Virus record (IMG/VR): IMGVR_UViG_3300029996_000158
Source of the DNA: a virus
Strand: one strand, 5' to 3'
Length of the DNA stretch: 64,000 bases
In this document: positions 1 to 8,622 of the stretch, one piece after another
Numbering within the stretch: position 1 is the stretch's first letter
How the letters are laid out: the number at the start of each line of letters is the position of its first letter
Notes under the pieces: generated by a model
The model's database searches: none
What the model saw: the letters and a program-made list of their open reading frames with translations, nothing else
Told to the model about the DNA's origin: nothing
Translations under genes and position numbers: made by a program

Positions 1-557
1 CAGCAAAGGCAAATTTAAATCACCCTATACATGGTCCTATTATTAAAGATTATCTAAGAATCATACAATATGGTAATAATAAACTAAATGAGTTAAAACA
101 AGAAATTATGAAAGCAAAAAAAGAAAAGAAAGCTAAGGAAAAATTAGCAAATGAAGTTAAGGTTAAAAAGAGTGATAAAAAACTTAAGAAACCAGTAGTA
201 AAGGTTGAATCATCTAAAAATAGGGTATTCACAACCTATGATTATCCCACCATTGATGGAAAAGAACTTTCTTCTGATTTGAAAAAACGGTATAGAGCAA
301 AAATCAGAAGTTTAATGAAATCCCAAATGACTAAAGAAGAAGCAACTAAGAGAGCAACTTCTTTTATCAAAGAAGAAAGTGTAAAACCCAGAAATACAAA
401 GCAGGAACCCGACAAGGAACCAAAAAGCAAGGTTGGAAAATCAGAGAAAAAAGAAAAGGTTTCTAAGAAAAAAGATTTACAACCAAAGGATTCTTCAAAA
501 TCCAAGAAATCCAATGATAAGCCTAAAAAGAAAAAGGCAAAAAAAGAAGAGGATTAA
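1..557 (+). CDS. Lysine-rich protein, probably 5'-truncated by the window edge
   Basis: The frame of track ORF 108..557 stays open back to nt 3 (AKANLNHPIHGPIIKDYLRIIQYGNNKLNELKQEI-M...), so the start may lie upstream of the window; ATG 108 is the alternative. The body is K/E/S-rich low complexity. It carries a YDYPTIDG...KKRYRAKIR motif; YDYPTIDG recurs in 40943..43300 and a related version (YKYPEDCID...KKYRQQVR) occurs in 2269..2715. Confidence 0.6.
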   Translation, partial: AKANLNHPIHGPIIKDYLRIIQYGNNKLNELKQEIMKAKKEKKAKEKLANEVKVKKSDKKLKKPVVKVESSKNRVFTTYDYPTIDGKELSSDLKKRYRAKIRSLMKSQMTKEEATKRATSFIKEESVKPRNTKQEPDKEPKSKVGKSEKKEKVSKKKDLQPKDSSKSKKSNDKPKKKKAKKEED

Positions 558-584
558 AAGGATTTTGTAGGACCAAATAATAGA

Positions 585-626
585 AAGGTATAGTGGATAA
601 TCCTGCAATTCACTATACCTTTTTTC
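585..626 (+). terminator. Rho-independent terminator candidate
   Basis: 11-bp stem AAGGTATAGTG (585..595) / CACTATACCTT (611..621), followed by a T-run. Confidence 0.6.
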
Positions 627-648
627 ATTGACTAACCCAGAATTTTTA

Positions 649-680
649 TTTGCATAATTAAATATTAAATTTTATATTTG
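649..680 (+). promoter_or_regulatory. Bacteroidota-type promoter (TTTG-N20-TATATTTG)
   Basis: TTTG at 649..652, a 20-nt spacer, then TATATTTG at 673..680. This matches the -33 TTTG / -7 TAnnTTTG consensus and sits about 30 nt upstream of ATG 711. Confidence 0.6.
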
Positions 681-710
681 CATATTAAAATAAAAAAGGA
701 AACAACTACT

Positions 711-1160
711 ATGGCAAAAATAAGAATAACTCCTGCTTTAACCTCAGAAAAAGTATTACTTATGGTTTTAGACATAAACATAGAATCCATTGAGGGAATA
801 CTATTTGACAAGACAAGAGAAAAATGGGAACTTCTATACTATAATTATGGTATCAGTGAGAAGATATTTAGGGAACAAGCTGCAGAGATAGCAAATACTT
901 ATAGATTTATGAAAAATCACATATTAACCTATAATGATATTCCAACCATGATGTTAAAGACTTTAAAGGTTACTTGGTATAATACCTTAAAAAGTACCTT
1001 ATTCATGTTGGAACCTCAATTATTAGAAGAAGAACCATTTGCTTTATATGCAATAAATAAGCTTTGGGATATATTTCTAGAGATTGATTATATTAGAGAA
1101 GATAATTTTATTTACCCATTAGATTTAAAGAACTATGTTAAAAAATTTGGACTTAATTGA
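711..1160 (+). CDS. Hypothetical protein
   Basis: Track ORF 678..1160 begins at a TTG inside the -7 box. The first ATG (711, MAKIRITP...) is the more likely start. No motif recognised. Confidence 0.6.
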   Translation: MAKIRITPALTSEKVLLMVLDINIESIEGILFDKTREKWELLYYNYGISEKIFREQAAEIANTYRFMKNHILTYNDIPTMMLKTLKVTWYNTLKSTLFMLEPQLLEEEPFALYAINKLWDIFLEIDYIREDNFIYPLDLKNYVKKFGLN

Positions 1161-1398
1161 TTTTGAGGTTAAAAACAGTTCTAATTTAACCCATATTTCC
1201 TGGAAAAGAGATATTGGACCCACAACAAAGGGAACCTTAAAAGTTTCGTTTCACAATGGTCTAAAATATGAATACTATGGTGTACCAAAATCATTAGTAG
1301 ACCAACTATATGAAATCGAAAAAACTAATGGTTCAGTTGGCTCTGCATTTCATAATCTTATTGTTAGTAACAAATCAATAAAATATCACAAATTATGA
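1135..1398 (+). CDS. KTSC domain protein
   Basis: KVSFHNGLKYEYYGVPKSLVDQLYEIEKTNGSVGSAFHNLI fits the KTSC pattern (F..G..Y.Y..VP......L....S.G..F...I). Confidence 0.7.
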   Translation: MLKNLDLIDFEVKNSSNLTHISWKRDIGPTTKGTLKVSFHNGLKYEYYGVPKSLVDQLYEIEKTNGSVGSAFHNLIVSNKSIKYHKL

Positions 1399-1832
1399 TT
1401 AAAGAGGATTTTAATCCAGATTTTAATGATGATGACTTATTAGTGGATATAACTTTTAAGGTAGTGAAATTTATATTCAAAACAATTGCAATATTGGGAG
1501 TTTTCATTGTATTTGGTAGAATATCTCAAAGTAGTCAAAATAATGAAGAATATACACCCATTACATTTACTAATGTTGACCCCAATATTCCAGCAAGTGA
1601 AATTAAGTCAAGAGATTATACTAATAGAACAGTAACTTATAGAGAATATGGAACTCCACCCCCAAGTGTATTATATGATAAATCAGATTATAGTAATAAA
1701 GGATTTGTTATAAAAGCAAATAATGGGGTGGAAATAAATACTGGATTAACCAAAGATGATATTATACAACAAGTAATGGACGATGCTGATATACATGATT
1801 TGATAGAATACTATGGTGATGAACTAAGGTAA
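1395..1832 (+). CDS. Hypothetical membrane protein
   Basis: ATGA start/stop overlap with the previous gene. One hydrophobic helix (FIFKTIAILGVFIVFG). Confidence 0.6.
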   Translation: MIKEDFNPDFNDDDLLVDITFKVVKFIFKTIAILGVFIVFGRISQSSQNNEEYTPITFTNVDPNIPASEIKSRDYTNRTVTYREYGTPPPSVLYDKSDYSNKGFVIKANNGVEINTGLTKDDIIQQVMDDADIHDLIEYYGDELR

Positions 1833-1857
1833 TCTCTACTTTATCATAATCCTAGAA

Positions 1858-1933
1858 TTTATTATATAAAATATTTGCATAATAAAATAAAGCATTATAT
1901 ATTTGCATTAAATAATAATTAAATAAAAAGGAT
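1858..1933 (+). promoter_or_regulatory. Conserved early-promoter cassette, copy A
   Basis: 76 nt identical to 6900..6975. It contains TTTG (1874..1877), a 20-nt spacer and TATATTTG (1898..1905), and ends at ATG 1934. Confidence 0.7.
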
Positions 1934-2161
1934 ATGGCAAAGAAACCCAAATCAAAAATTAACCTATCGGATTATACTTATGAATTTAAGGAAATCCTGA
2001 AAGCACACAGAAATTGTTGCCCATACCATCATTACCAAAAACAAGGAGATAATGGGTTAAACTATACCATAAAATGTGGTGCTAATCATGAAGTTTGCAA
2101 TGACAATTGCTGGTATATTCAGAACTTCAAAGAAGAACTGAAAACATTTATCCCAGAGTAA
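1934..2161 (+). CDS. Small Cys/His-rich protein (possible zinc-binding)
   Basis: 75 aa with NCCPYHHY...KCGANHEVCNDNCW. It is the first gene behind promoter cassette A. Confidence 0.6.
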   Translation: MAKKPKSKINLSDYTYEFKEILKAHRNCCPYHHYQKQGDNGLNYTIKCGANHEVCNDNCWYIQNFKEELKTFIPE

Positions 2162-2185
2162 ACCCCAAGAATTTTAATTAAAAAA

Positions 2186-2217
2186 TTTTTCTATATTAAA
2201 AAATTGAATTATATTTG
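2186..2217 (+). promoter_or_regulatory. Weak promoter candidate
   Basis: TATATTTG at 2210..2217, but only TTTT (not TTTG) at the -33 position. It lies upstream of ATG 2269. Confidence 0.35.
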
Positions 2218-2268
2218 TATCGAAAAAATTAATTATCTATTATTTATAAACAACTAAAACTTAAAGTC

Positions 2269-2715
2269 ATGGAAAAGAACGAAAAGAAAATCCCAACAAC
2301 TGCTGAATTCATTAATGAAGTTCAGAATGCATTAAACGGTGAAAAAACACAAGAGGTAAAGAAAACCAAATCCAAAAAAGAACCCAAAGAAGTAAAGGCT
2401 CAAAAGAAAGAAGACAAAACTTCTAAAAAGAAAACCAAAAAGAACGAAAAGATACTAAAAGAAGTAAAGGCTCAAAATGAGGTAAACTTGGTGGAAGAGG
2501 TAATATCCAAAAGGGAAGTAAAATATAAATACCCGGAGGATTGCATTGATACCTTATCAAGAAAGAAATATAGACAACAGGTAAGGAATAAACTTCACCA
2601 ATTGGAATTGGAAATGTACAGAATTCAGGATAAGCAATCCAAGGAATTCAAGAGAAAATCTAAGGAATATGAATCCTATAAAAAAGAAGTTCTAAAAGAA
2701 GGTGCAGCTGCATAA
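2269..2715 (+). CDS. Lysine-rich protein, likely paralogue of 1..557
   Basis: K-rich N-terminal half followed by KYKYPEDCIDTLSRKKYRQQVRNKL. This resembles YDYPTIDGKELSSDLKKRYRAKIRSL in the first gene. Confidence 0.6.
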   Translation: MEKNEKKIPTTAEFINEVQNALNGEKTQEVKKTKSKKEPKEVKAQKKEDKTSKKKTKKNEKILKEVKAQNEVNLVEEVISKREVKYKYPEDCIDTLSRKKYRQQVRNKLHQLELEMYRIQDKQSKEFKRKSKEYESYKKEVLKEGAAA

Positions 2716-2849
2716 AGAATAAATAGAGTGGGTGGATGAAATAGTTATTATTTGTTTAATGTTTAAGCAACACTATTACTTTTGACTTTCACTTTCTTCA
2801 TTCACCCACTCATTATATAATTAATATACCTTAATAAAAATCCAGGGTT

Positions 2850-3119
2850 ATGTATGAGCTACCAGAAAAGGTTATTAAAAAATCTAATGAGGAACTTATA
2901 GATATACATAAAAAATGTATAACTAATTATCTTATCCAAAGGCAAATAAAAATCACTAGAAGGAGACAATTATTCATTATTTATGACCATTATATAAGTC
3001 ATAAGAATATAAGAATGTTCTTTTATAGACCAATAAAGTTATTTGTATATGCTTTGGTAACAAATAGGTTGGAAGAAATAAGTAATTACATATATAAGAC
3101 AAAAAAAAATGTTCACTGA
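2850..3119 (+). CDS. Hypothetical protein
   Basis: Track ORF. It ends in an A9 homopolymer (3101..3109) that also contains the ATG of the next ORF. Confidence 0.45.
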   Translation: MYELPEKVIKKSNEELIDIHKKCITNYLIQRQIKITRRRQLFIIYDHYISHKNIRMFFYRPIKLFVYALVTNRLEEISNYIYKTKKNVH

Positions 3120-3486
3120 TTTAGTATCAACTTTTACTCTGGATAAAACCAGGATTATATACCCAAATTTTGCAACTAATAATCTTGATATTAGGAAAAT
3201 CATGGTAAAGGATTTATTCAAACCCTGGGATACTAAGGGTAATAATACATATCCAGATTTTTATATAAGAGGGTATTACTATAATGAGGACCATCATAGT
3301 AGGAATATATTTAGAATTGATGATACTGGTACCCATTATTTATATATCACTGGAGTCCCAAAAGGAACCCCAAAAAATAGTAATGCCCTAAATGTATTCA
3401 AATTACTAAATGCACAATATATGACTTATTTTGAGGATTCAGAAATAGGATATTTAATTCAAATAACACAGATATGGAAAAAATGA
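3109..3486 (+). CDS. Hypothetical protein
   Basis: Track ORF, co-directional and overlapping both neighbours by a few nt. No motif recognised. Confidence 0.55.
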   Translation: MFTDLVSTFTLDKTRIIYPNFATNNLDIRKIMVKDLFKPWDTKGNNTYPDFYIRGYYYNEDHHSRNIFRIDDTGTHYLYITGVPKGTPKNSNALNVFKLLNAQYMTYFEDSEIGYLIQITQIWKK

Positions 3487-3713
3487 GTTTACTTAAATTG
3501 ATATGTGCTCAAATAATGGCAAATTATAATAATGGCATATATCCCCATAATTTATATGAACGTAGAGGACCAAAATTTAATCCCAATTATACAGTTAAGG
3601 ATAAAGATTCAATGAGGCAAGAAAGGGAATTTAATATAAATGGGGTTAAGGTAATGGCATATTCCAGGAAAGATGCAATACAACGTTTAAAACATAAAAA
3701 TAAAAGAAAATGA
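3474..3713 (+). CDS. Hypothetical protein
   Basis: Track ORF with an ATGA overlap with the next gene. Confidence 0.5.
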   Translation: MEKMSLLKLICAQIMANYNNGIYPHNLYERRGPKFNPNYTVKDKDSMRQEREFNINGVKVMAYSRKDAIQRLKHKNKRK

Positions 3714-4102
3714 AAACTAAGGATTATGTAAGGTTATTCAAATTGGATAAACCATTTTATGAATTTAGTAGAGAAAAGTTCCTAAACAAACTAGGGGAAG
3801 AGTTTAGTCAAAGAATTGAAGAAACTAGATTGGATAGGCAAAAAAGGAATCTAGAATTTACATTCTCTATTTTTAATAAAATTGTAAAGGAAATAGAAAT
3901 AAAATTCTGGTCAATATCCAATAAAAAACATGGGTTGCCTTTTTCGGAAAAATTATTCTCTTCATTTTTTGCTGGGTGGATAATCCCAATCCGAAAAAAA
4001 TATTTCCCAAAGGAGGACCAAGAATTAACCATAAAATGGGAAAAGAGAAAATTGGAAGAATCCAAGGAACCCCAAAAAAAAACCAAATACCAATACTCCT
4101 AA
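3710..4102 (+). CDS. Hypothetical protein
   Basis: Track ORF, translationally coupled to the previous gene. The two antisense track ORFs across it are rejected. Confidence 0.55.
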   Translation: MKTKDYVRLFKLDKPFYEFSREKFLNKLGEEFSQRIEETRLDRQKRNLEFTFSIFNKIVKEIEIKFWSISNKKHGLPFSEKLFSSFFAGWIIPIRKKYFPKEDQELTIKWEKRKLEESKEPQKKTKYQYS

Positions 4103-4372
4103 AAAACCTAAAAATAATAAATCCTCTTCTCACAAGACTAGTAATTAGGTTCTAGGAATTTTATAATTTTGGAGTAAATAAAAACAATTACCTAATAACC
4201 AATAGGTTAGGCCTTAAAATCCTAAAACAAAAATTAATTGTAGATACTAAACATATAGGTCTGAATATCATAGTTATTGGTAATGTAATCATTGATAAAA
4301 TTGGGATTATTGGTATTAGGATTACCCAACAAAAAATCCCAATAAATTGCCAAAAGAAATAATCAGAAATTT

Positions 4373-4409
4373 AATAGTGGGTACCTTAATTAGTTTACCC
4401 ACTATTTTT
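4373..4409 (+). terminator. Rho-independent terminator candidate
   Basis: Stem AATAGTGGGTA (4373..4383) / TACCCACTATT (4396..4406), followed by TTT. Confidence 0.6.
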
Positions 4410-4457
4410 CTGTGTATTTTAACCATATTGAATAATAAGTAAAAATCCTATATAATC

Positions 4458-5315
4458 ATGGCAAAAAAAGATTTAAATCAAAATCATCAAAGAGTACCAA
4501 GACCAATGGGTATAACCCAGCTAATGAATGAGTACCATAAAACTAATGATAAAAAATTATTAGATATGGTTCAAACTTTTATGATACAACAATGGATTAT
4601 AAATAATGGTAGAGTATGCGGGAATAGTTTTTCTATATTAGAATTAAGTAAATTTCTATTATGTGAACCTGAAAGGATAAGGAAGAGAATGGTAGAAATG
4701 CTAGTGGAAACCAATTTATGGGATAAAGAAAAACAAGATAGATTAATGGATTCACTAGTAGGGCAAAATCTTGTATGGTTATTAGAAGATAGGATGGAAG
4801 TAGAGGGTCAATTAAACTTATTGAAAAAATCCCAGGGGGATAAATACACTCCATTTGTTACCTCAGAGCTCAATAAAACTCTTGGGTTAAAATTAAGTAC
4901 TTCAACAAATTTACAATCTTTCATTAAGGCTTTGTCTGGTGGAAATAGTTATGTAAACATATTCAATAATAATCAGGTAAACCAAACTCAAAATAATACA
5001 ATAACATATGATGATGCTCTTAAGATAGTTCAGGAAGAAAGTACCAAATTCCTAAATAGTGACAAAGAGTTGAAATATATAGAAGCTAATTATGATATTG
5101 ATAGTTTACCAGAAGTAGTTGCAACTAAACAACTTGGGATAGATACCTCAAAGGAGGGTCTCACTATAAGTAATTCAGAAATTAATCAAACCATAGATAC
5201 TTATTATAAAGAACTGGATAAAGATGAAACCCCACATGATGTTAGAAGGGAAATAGAATTGCAAATAGATAAAGAAGCTATAGACCCAGAGATGGACATA
5301 TACCCAAATAACTAA
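4458..5315 (+). CDS. Hypothetical protein
   Basis: 285-aa ORF downstream of terminator 4373..4409. No motif recognised. Confidence 0.65.
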   Translation: MAKKDLNQNHQRVPRPMGITQLMNEYHKTNDKKLLDMVQTFMIQQWIINNGRVCGNSFSILELSKFLLCEPERIRKRMVEMLVETNLWDKEKQDRLMDSLVGQNLVWLLEDRMEVEGQLNLLKKSQGDKYTPFVTSELNKTLGLKLSTSTNLQSFIKALSGGNSYVNIFNNNQVNQTQNNTITYDDALKIVQEESTKFLNSDKELKYIEANYDIDSLPEVVATKQLGIDTSKEGLTISNSEINQTIDTYYKELDKDETPHDVRREIELQIDKEAIDPEMDIYPNN

Positions 5316-5398
5316 CCCCTATTTTATTATATTAAATATTTGCATAATAAAATAAAGCATTATATATTTGCATTAAATAATAATTAAATAAAAAGGAT
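5316..5398 (+). promoter_or_regulatory. Conserved early-promoter cassette, copy B
   Basis: 83 nt with one mismatch versus 6893..6975. TTTG (5339..5342), a 20-nt spacer, TATATTTG (5363..5370); ends at ATG 5399. Confidence 0.7.
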
Positions 5399-5959
5399 AT
5401 GGAACTAAACCTAAAAGAATCATATAATTTACTCAAAACTCTAATCAAAGAACATTGGGTAATATATGATTTTCCTGGTGGACTGGAATTAATAACTTCG
5501 GTTCATCTTAAAGCTAATGAACTTAGTTTTATAACCAAATCAAAACTTATAGTATACCCAGGAAAAAGAATATACATATTAAATTCTAAGAATACCCCAT
5601 TAAGACTTTTCAATAATGTATCATCAAAATTCCTTGATTTTAACATAGTTACTATAGATGTTAGTGATATTACAAAATATAAATATTTTGGTATTATAAA
5701 ACTAATTGAACCAATGGATATAGGTTCAGATATAAATAAACTACCAGAGACCATATTTATAGAGGAGGGGATTATTGACGATACATATCTTAAATATACT
5801 TTGATGGTAGATGTAGTTGAAGAAAACATTGGGGAAAAAGAATACAAGAAATATTACATAGTTAAATACATAGACCATAACTTTAATCTACATTTTAAAA
5901 AATATAAACCAGAGGACCTAATAAGATTAACATTTATATCACCATTAAAACTTAAATAA
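5399..5959 (+). CDS. Hypothetical protein
   Basis: Track ORF directly behind promoter cassette B. Confidence 0.6.
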   Translation: MELNLKESYNLLKTLIKEHWVIYDFPGGLELITSVHLKANELSFITKSKLIVYPGKRIYILNSKNTPLRLFNNVSSKFLDFNIVTIDVSDITKYKYFGIIKLIEPMDIGSDINKLPETIFIEEGIIDDTYLKYTLMVDVVEENIGEKEYKKYYIVKYIDHNFNLHFKKYKPEDLIRLTFISPLKLK

Positions 5960-5960
5960 T

Positions 5961-6563
5961 ATGTACGAAACTCAAAAACTGATTAGTAGAAAAAGAGGTA
6001 GATATCTTATCGATGATGAGAAATTATTCAATTGTATAAATAATCTATCAAAAGAATATCATATAGATAACTATAAACTTCACAAAAGGGTGTACGAAAC
6101 TTATAAACATAATAGTTCACTATATGATATTATGCCTGAATTATTATTTAATAAAACTCTATTGTTAGCTTTACATATAGCTAATAAACAATATATAAAA
6201 CCAGTAAGGTTATGCAAAATAATTATCATTGACCTATATTATATATCTAGGAATGGGTTTATAGATTATCCAGAATTAGAAAAACCCATCTTGGAGTCAA
6301 TAAAAAAATGTATAAATATGGGTTATCTTCATAATTCATTAACCCCATTACTAAATGGTGATGTATTTCTTAGAAACCTTTATACAATGATATATTCACA
6401 AAATATGTCAAAAAATGACTTAATACAAAATTGGTCAAACATAATATATGATTGCTTATACTTATTCTCAAAAGATGAACAATCATTCAATATGGTTAGA
6501 AATACAATTATCAGGGACCTGGAAAAGTTTAGAGAAGAAAAGAGATTATGCAATCAAAAATAA
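5961..6563 (+). CDS. Hypothetical protein
   Basis: Track ORF that starts 1 nt after the previous stop. Confidence 0.6.
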   Translation: MYETQKLISRKRGRYLIDDEKLFNCINNLSKEYHIDNYKLHKRVYETYKHNSSLYDIMPELLFNKTLLLALHIANKQYIKPVRLCKIIIIDLYYISRNGFIDYPELEKPILESIKKCINMGYLHNSLTPLLNGDVFLRNLYTMIYSQNMSKNDLIQNWSNIIYDCLYLFSKDEQSFNMVRNTIIRDLEKFREEKRLCNQK

Positions 6564-6763
6564 TACCATTTGATGTAATACAACAAATCCTGGAATTAAA
6601 TTATGACATATCAACAATGCGTAAAGATAATGTTCCGCTTAGTCAAATATCCTCATATTTAAGACAAAAAGAGAAAGAGATTAAAGTAAATTACCAATTA
6701 GATGATATAGACTTAGCTTTGATAAGATTCAACATGTTCAGAAATTTTAACCTGGATTCATAA
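6548..6763 (+). CDS. Hypothetical protein
   Basis: Track ORF with a 16-nt overlap with the previous gene. It is followed by a strong terminator. Confidence 0.5.
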   Translation: MQSKIIPFDVIQQILELNYDISTMRKDNVPLSQISSYLRQKEKEIKVNYQLDDIDLALIRFNMFRNFNLDS

Positions 6764-6782
6764 TATTAGTTAGTTAAACTTT

Positions 6783-6812
6783 GGTAGGGAATATTCCCTA
6801 CCATTTTTTTTT
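6783..6812 (+). terminator. Rho-independent terminator
   Basis: Perfect 20-nt palindrome GGTAGGGAATATTCCCTACC (6783..6802), followed by a T9 run. Confidence 0.75.
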
Positions 6813-6892
6813 GTTCCATTCTAGAAACTTATATATCTTAATCTTAGGAAAAGAAAAGCAAACAAAACCCAAATTCTGGAACCAAGAATAAA

Positions 6893-6975
6893 CCCCTATT
6901 TTATTATATAAAATATTTGCATAATAAAATAAAGCATTATATATTTGCATTAAATAATAATTAAATAAAAAGGAT
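6893..6975 (+). promoter_or_regulatory. Conserved early-promoter cassette, copy C
   Basis: TTTG (6916..6919), a 20-nt spacer, TATATTTG (6940..6947); ends at ATG 6976. Near-identical to copies A and B. Confidence 0.7.
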
Positions 6976-7374
6976 ATGGAAACAACAGAACAAAAAATTA
7001 ACTTGCAACTAAACATTGATGATTACAAATTCTTTGAAACCACTCAATCATTTGATGATGACCAAACCTATTCAAATTTGATACAGGGGTTTATGGATGA
7101 CCTTGATTATAAATTGAAAAACATGAATGATTCAGAAGATGAACCAGTAGATGAAGAACTTTATGATAAGATTATTCCAAACAAAAAACTAAAATTACAA
7201 ATATCAATTAATATTGATGTTCCAGAAAAAGAAGCTAATAGTATCATATCTGATATACGATTTATCTATGATAGAAATTCTTTGGTAAAAGACATATATG
7301 ATATGCTAAATGAATCATCTCTAAATATCCAGGACATAAATAAAGTAATAGATATTGTCAGGTCAAAATTCTAA
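6976..7374 (+). CDS. Hypothetical acidic protein
   Basis: Track ORF directly behind promoter cassette C. D/E-rich. Confidence 0.6.
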   Translation: METTEQKINLQLNIDDYKFFETTQSFDDDQTYSNLIQGFMDDLDYKLKNMNDSEDEPVDEELYDKIIPNKKLKLQISINIDVPEKEANSIISDIRFIYDRNSLVKDIYDMLNESSLNIQDINKVIDIVRSKF

Positions 7375-7393
7375 CCAATAAATTCTAACTAAT

Positions 7394-7657
7394 ATGCAAT
7401 TTAGTAGCTTTATAACCAATAAAATCATTAAAAAACTTATTGAATGGGACCCAGAATTATGGTGGGTAGATATATTACATAATTCTAACTTTAACTTTTT
7501 CAAGGATTTACAAAATCTGTTAAACTCATATAAAAACCATATAGATATTATATTCTATCGTAATGATGAACAAATATATTTCATTGAACATGGAACAGAA
7601 AATCCTTGTCATACTTTTAGGGTAGATGATGTAACCTTTTATATAATAATTAAATAA
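7394..7657 (+). CDS. Hypothetical protein
   Basis: Track ORF in a tightly packed co-directional array. Confidence 0.5.
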   Translation: MQFSSFITNKIIKKLIEWDPELWWVDILHNSNFNFFKDLQNLLNSYKNHIDIIFYRNDEQIYFIEHGTENPCHTFRVDDVTFYIIIK

Positions 7658-7664
7658 CACTAAT

Positions 7665-8027
7665 ATGATAAAGAGATTAGTTAACAAAGTAGACCCAAGT
7701 GAATTTTTATCGGATTACACATATAATGCACTTATATACCTATGTGATTCAGGAAAAGAATTTGCTAATTGTTTGAATAATATCCAAGAACATAATTTTA
7801 AAAAGGAAGCTATAGATTCCCAAATACACAATATGTTCAAACAGGTTCATTTAGAAAACCAAATACATAATTCAGACTTTGGTGCTTTTAAAATAAATGG
7901 GGAAATATACCCATCTATAAAATTCAAACTAAAAGAAGATTTAATACATGACTGGTTCTTAATTGGTACTCCAAATGCTATAATATTATTAGCAAATAAT
8001 CCATTATATGAAACTGAACAAAACTAA
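7665..8027 (+). CDS. Hypothetical protein
   Basis: Track ORF in a tightly packed co-directional array. Confidence 0.55.
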   Translation: MIKRLVNKVDPSEFLSDYTYNALIYLCDSGKEFANCLNNIQEHNFKKEAIDSQIHNMFKQVHLENQIHNSDFGAFKINGEIYPSIKFKLKEDLIHDWFLIGTPNAIILLANNPLYETEQN

Positions 8028-8032
8028 ATATC

Positions 8033-8371
8033 ATGAAACTATCCACAAAAATCCAAAAACTCTTTGATGATACATTCAAAGGGAAAGATTATTATAAATT
8101 CCTCAATCTGTTATCCACTTATGATAACAGATTCCATACCATAGTAATAAAGGTAGATATGGAATCTATGGAACTAATACAAAAGCTAAGATTAATATCA
8201 TTTCTCATATTATCATCTATATTTAAATATAAGACTGATACCTTTGAACGCATTGGAGAAATAGAAACTGAATTCTTAGTAATAAGGTCCTATCAAGATA
8301 GAAAATACCAAATGAATACAATCTTATTCAAAGACTCTGGAATTATCCAAATAAGCATACTGGAAATATGA
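8033..8371 (+). CDS. Hypothetical protein
   Basis: Track ORF with an ATGA overlap with the next gene. Confidence 0.55.
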   Translation: MKLSTKIQKLFDDTFKGKDYYKFLNLLSTYDNRFHTIVIKVDMESMELIQKLRLISFLILSSIFKYKTDTFERIGEIETEFLVIRSYQDRKYQMNTILFKDSGIIQISILEI

Positions 8372-8622
8372 AACTGTTAGCTCATCTCATATATCTATTA
8401 AATGAACAAGGGGTAGGTAATACATTTTACCTATCCCCAATCATTAAAAAAATCCTAGATAACCACTATGAACAAGAAAGAAAAGCTAAGTTATCAACAA
8501 TGAAGGTATACATTAGGAAGTTTACAAATAATGGTTATCTTAAAAAAGAACCAGGACATTATATCCTATTAAAACCAATCCCAACAGATTTAACTACCAC
8601 AATTATAAGAACTTGGAAATGA
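8368..8622 (+). CDS. Hypothetical protein (weak winged-helix resemblance)
   Basis: Small basic protein. STMKVYIRKFTNNGYLKKEPGHYILLKP looks like a recognition helix plus wing; this is weak. Confidence 0.45.
   Translation: MKLLAHLIYLLNEQGVGNTFYLSPIIKKILDNHYEQERKAKLSTMKVYIRKFTNNGYLKKEPGHYILLKPIPTDLTTTIIRTWK

Noticed and set aside
50-514. Minus-strand track ORFs 50..232 and 242..514, antisense to the lysine-rich gene.
   Set aside because: They are mirror images of an AAG/AAA-rich coding strand (F/L/S-rich low complexity). They have no start context or partners on that strand.
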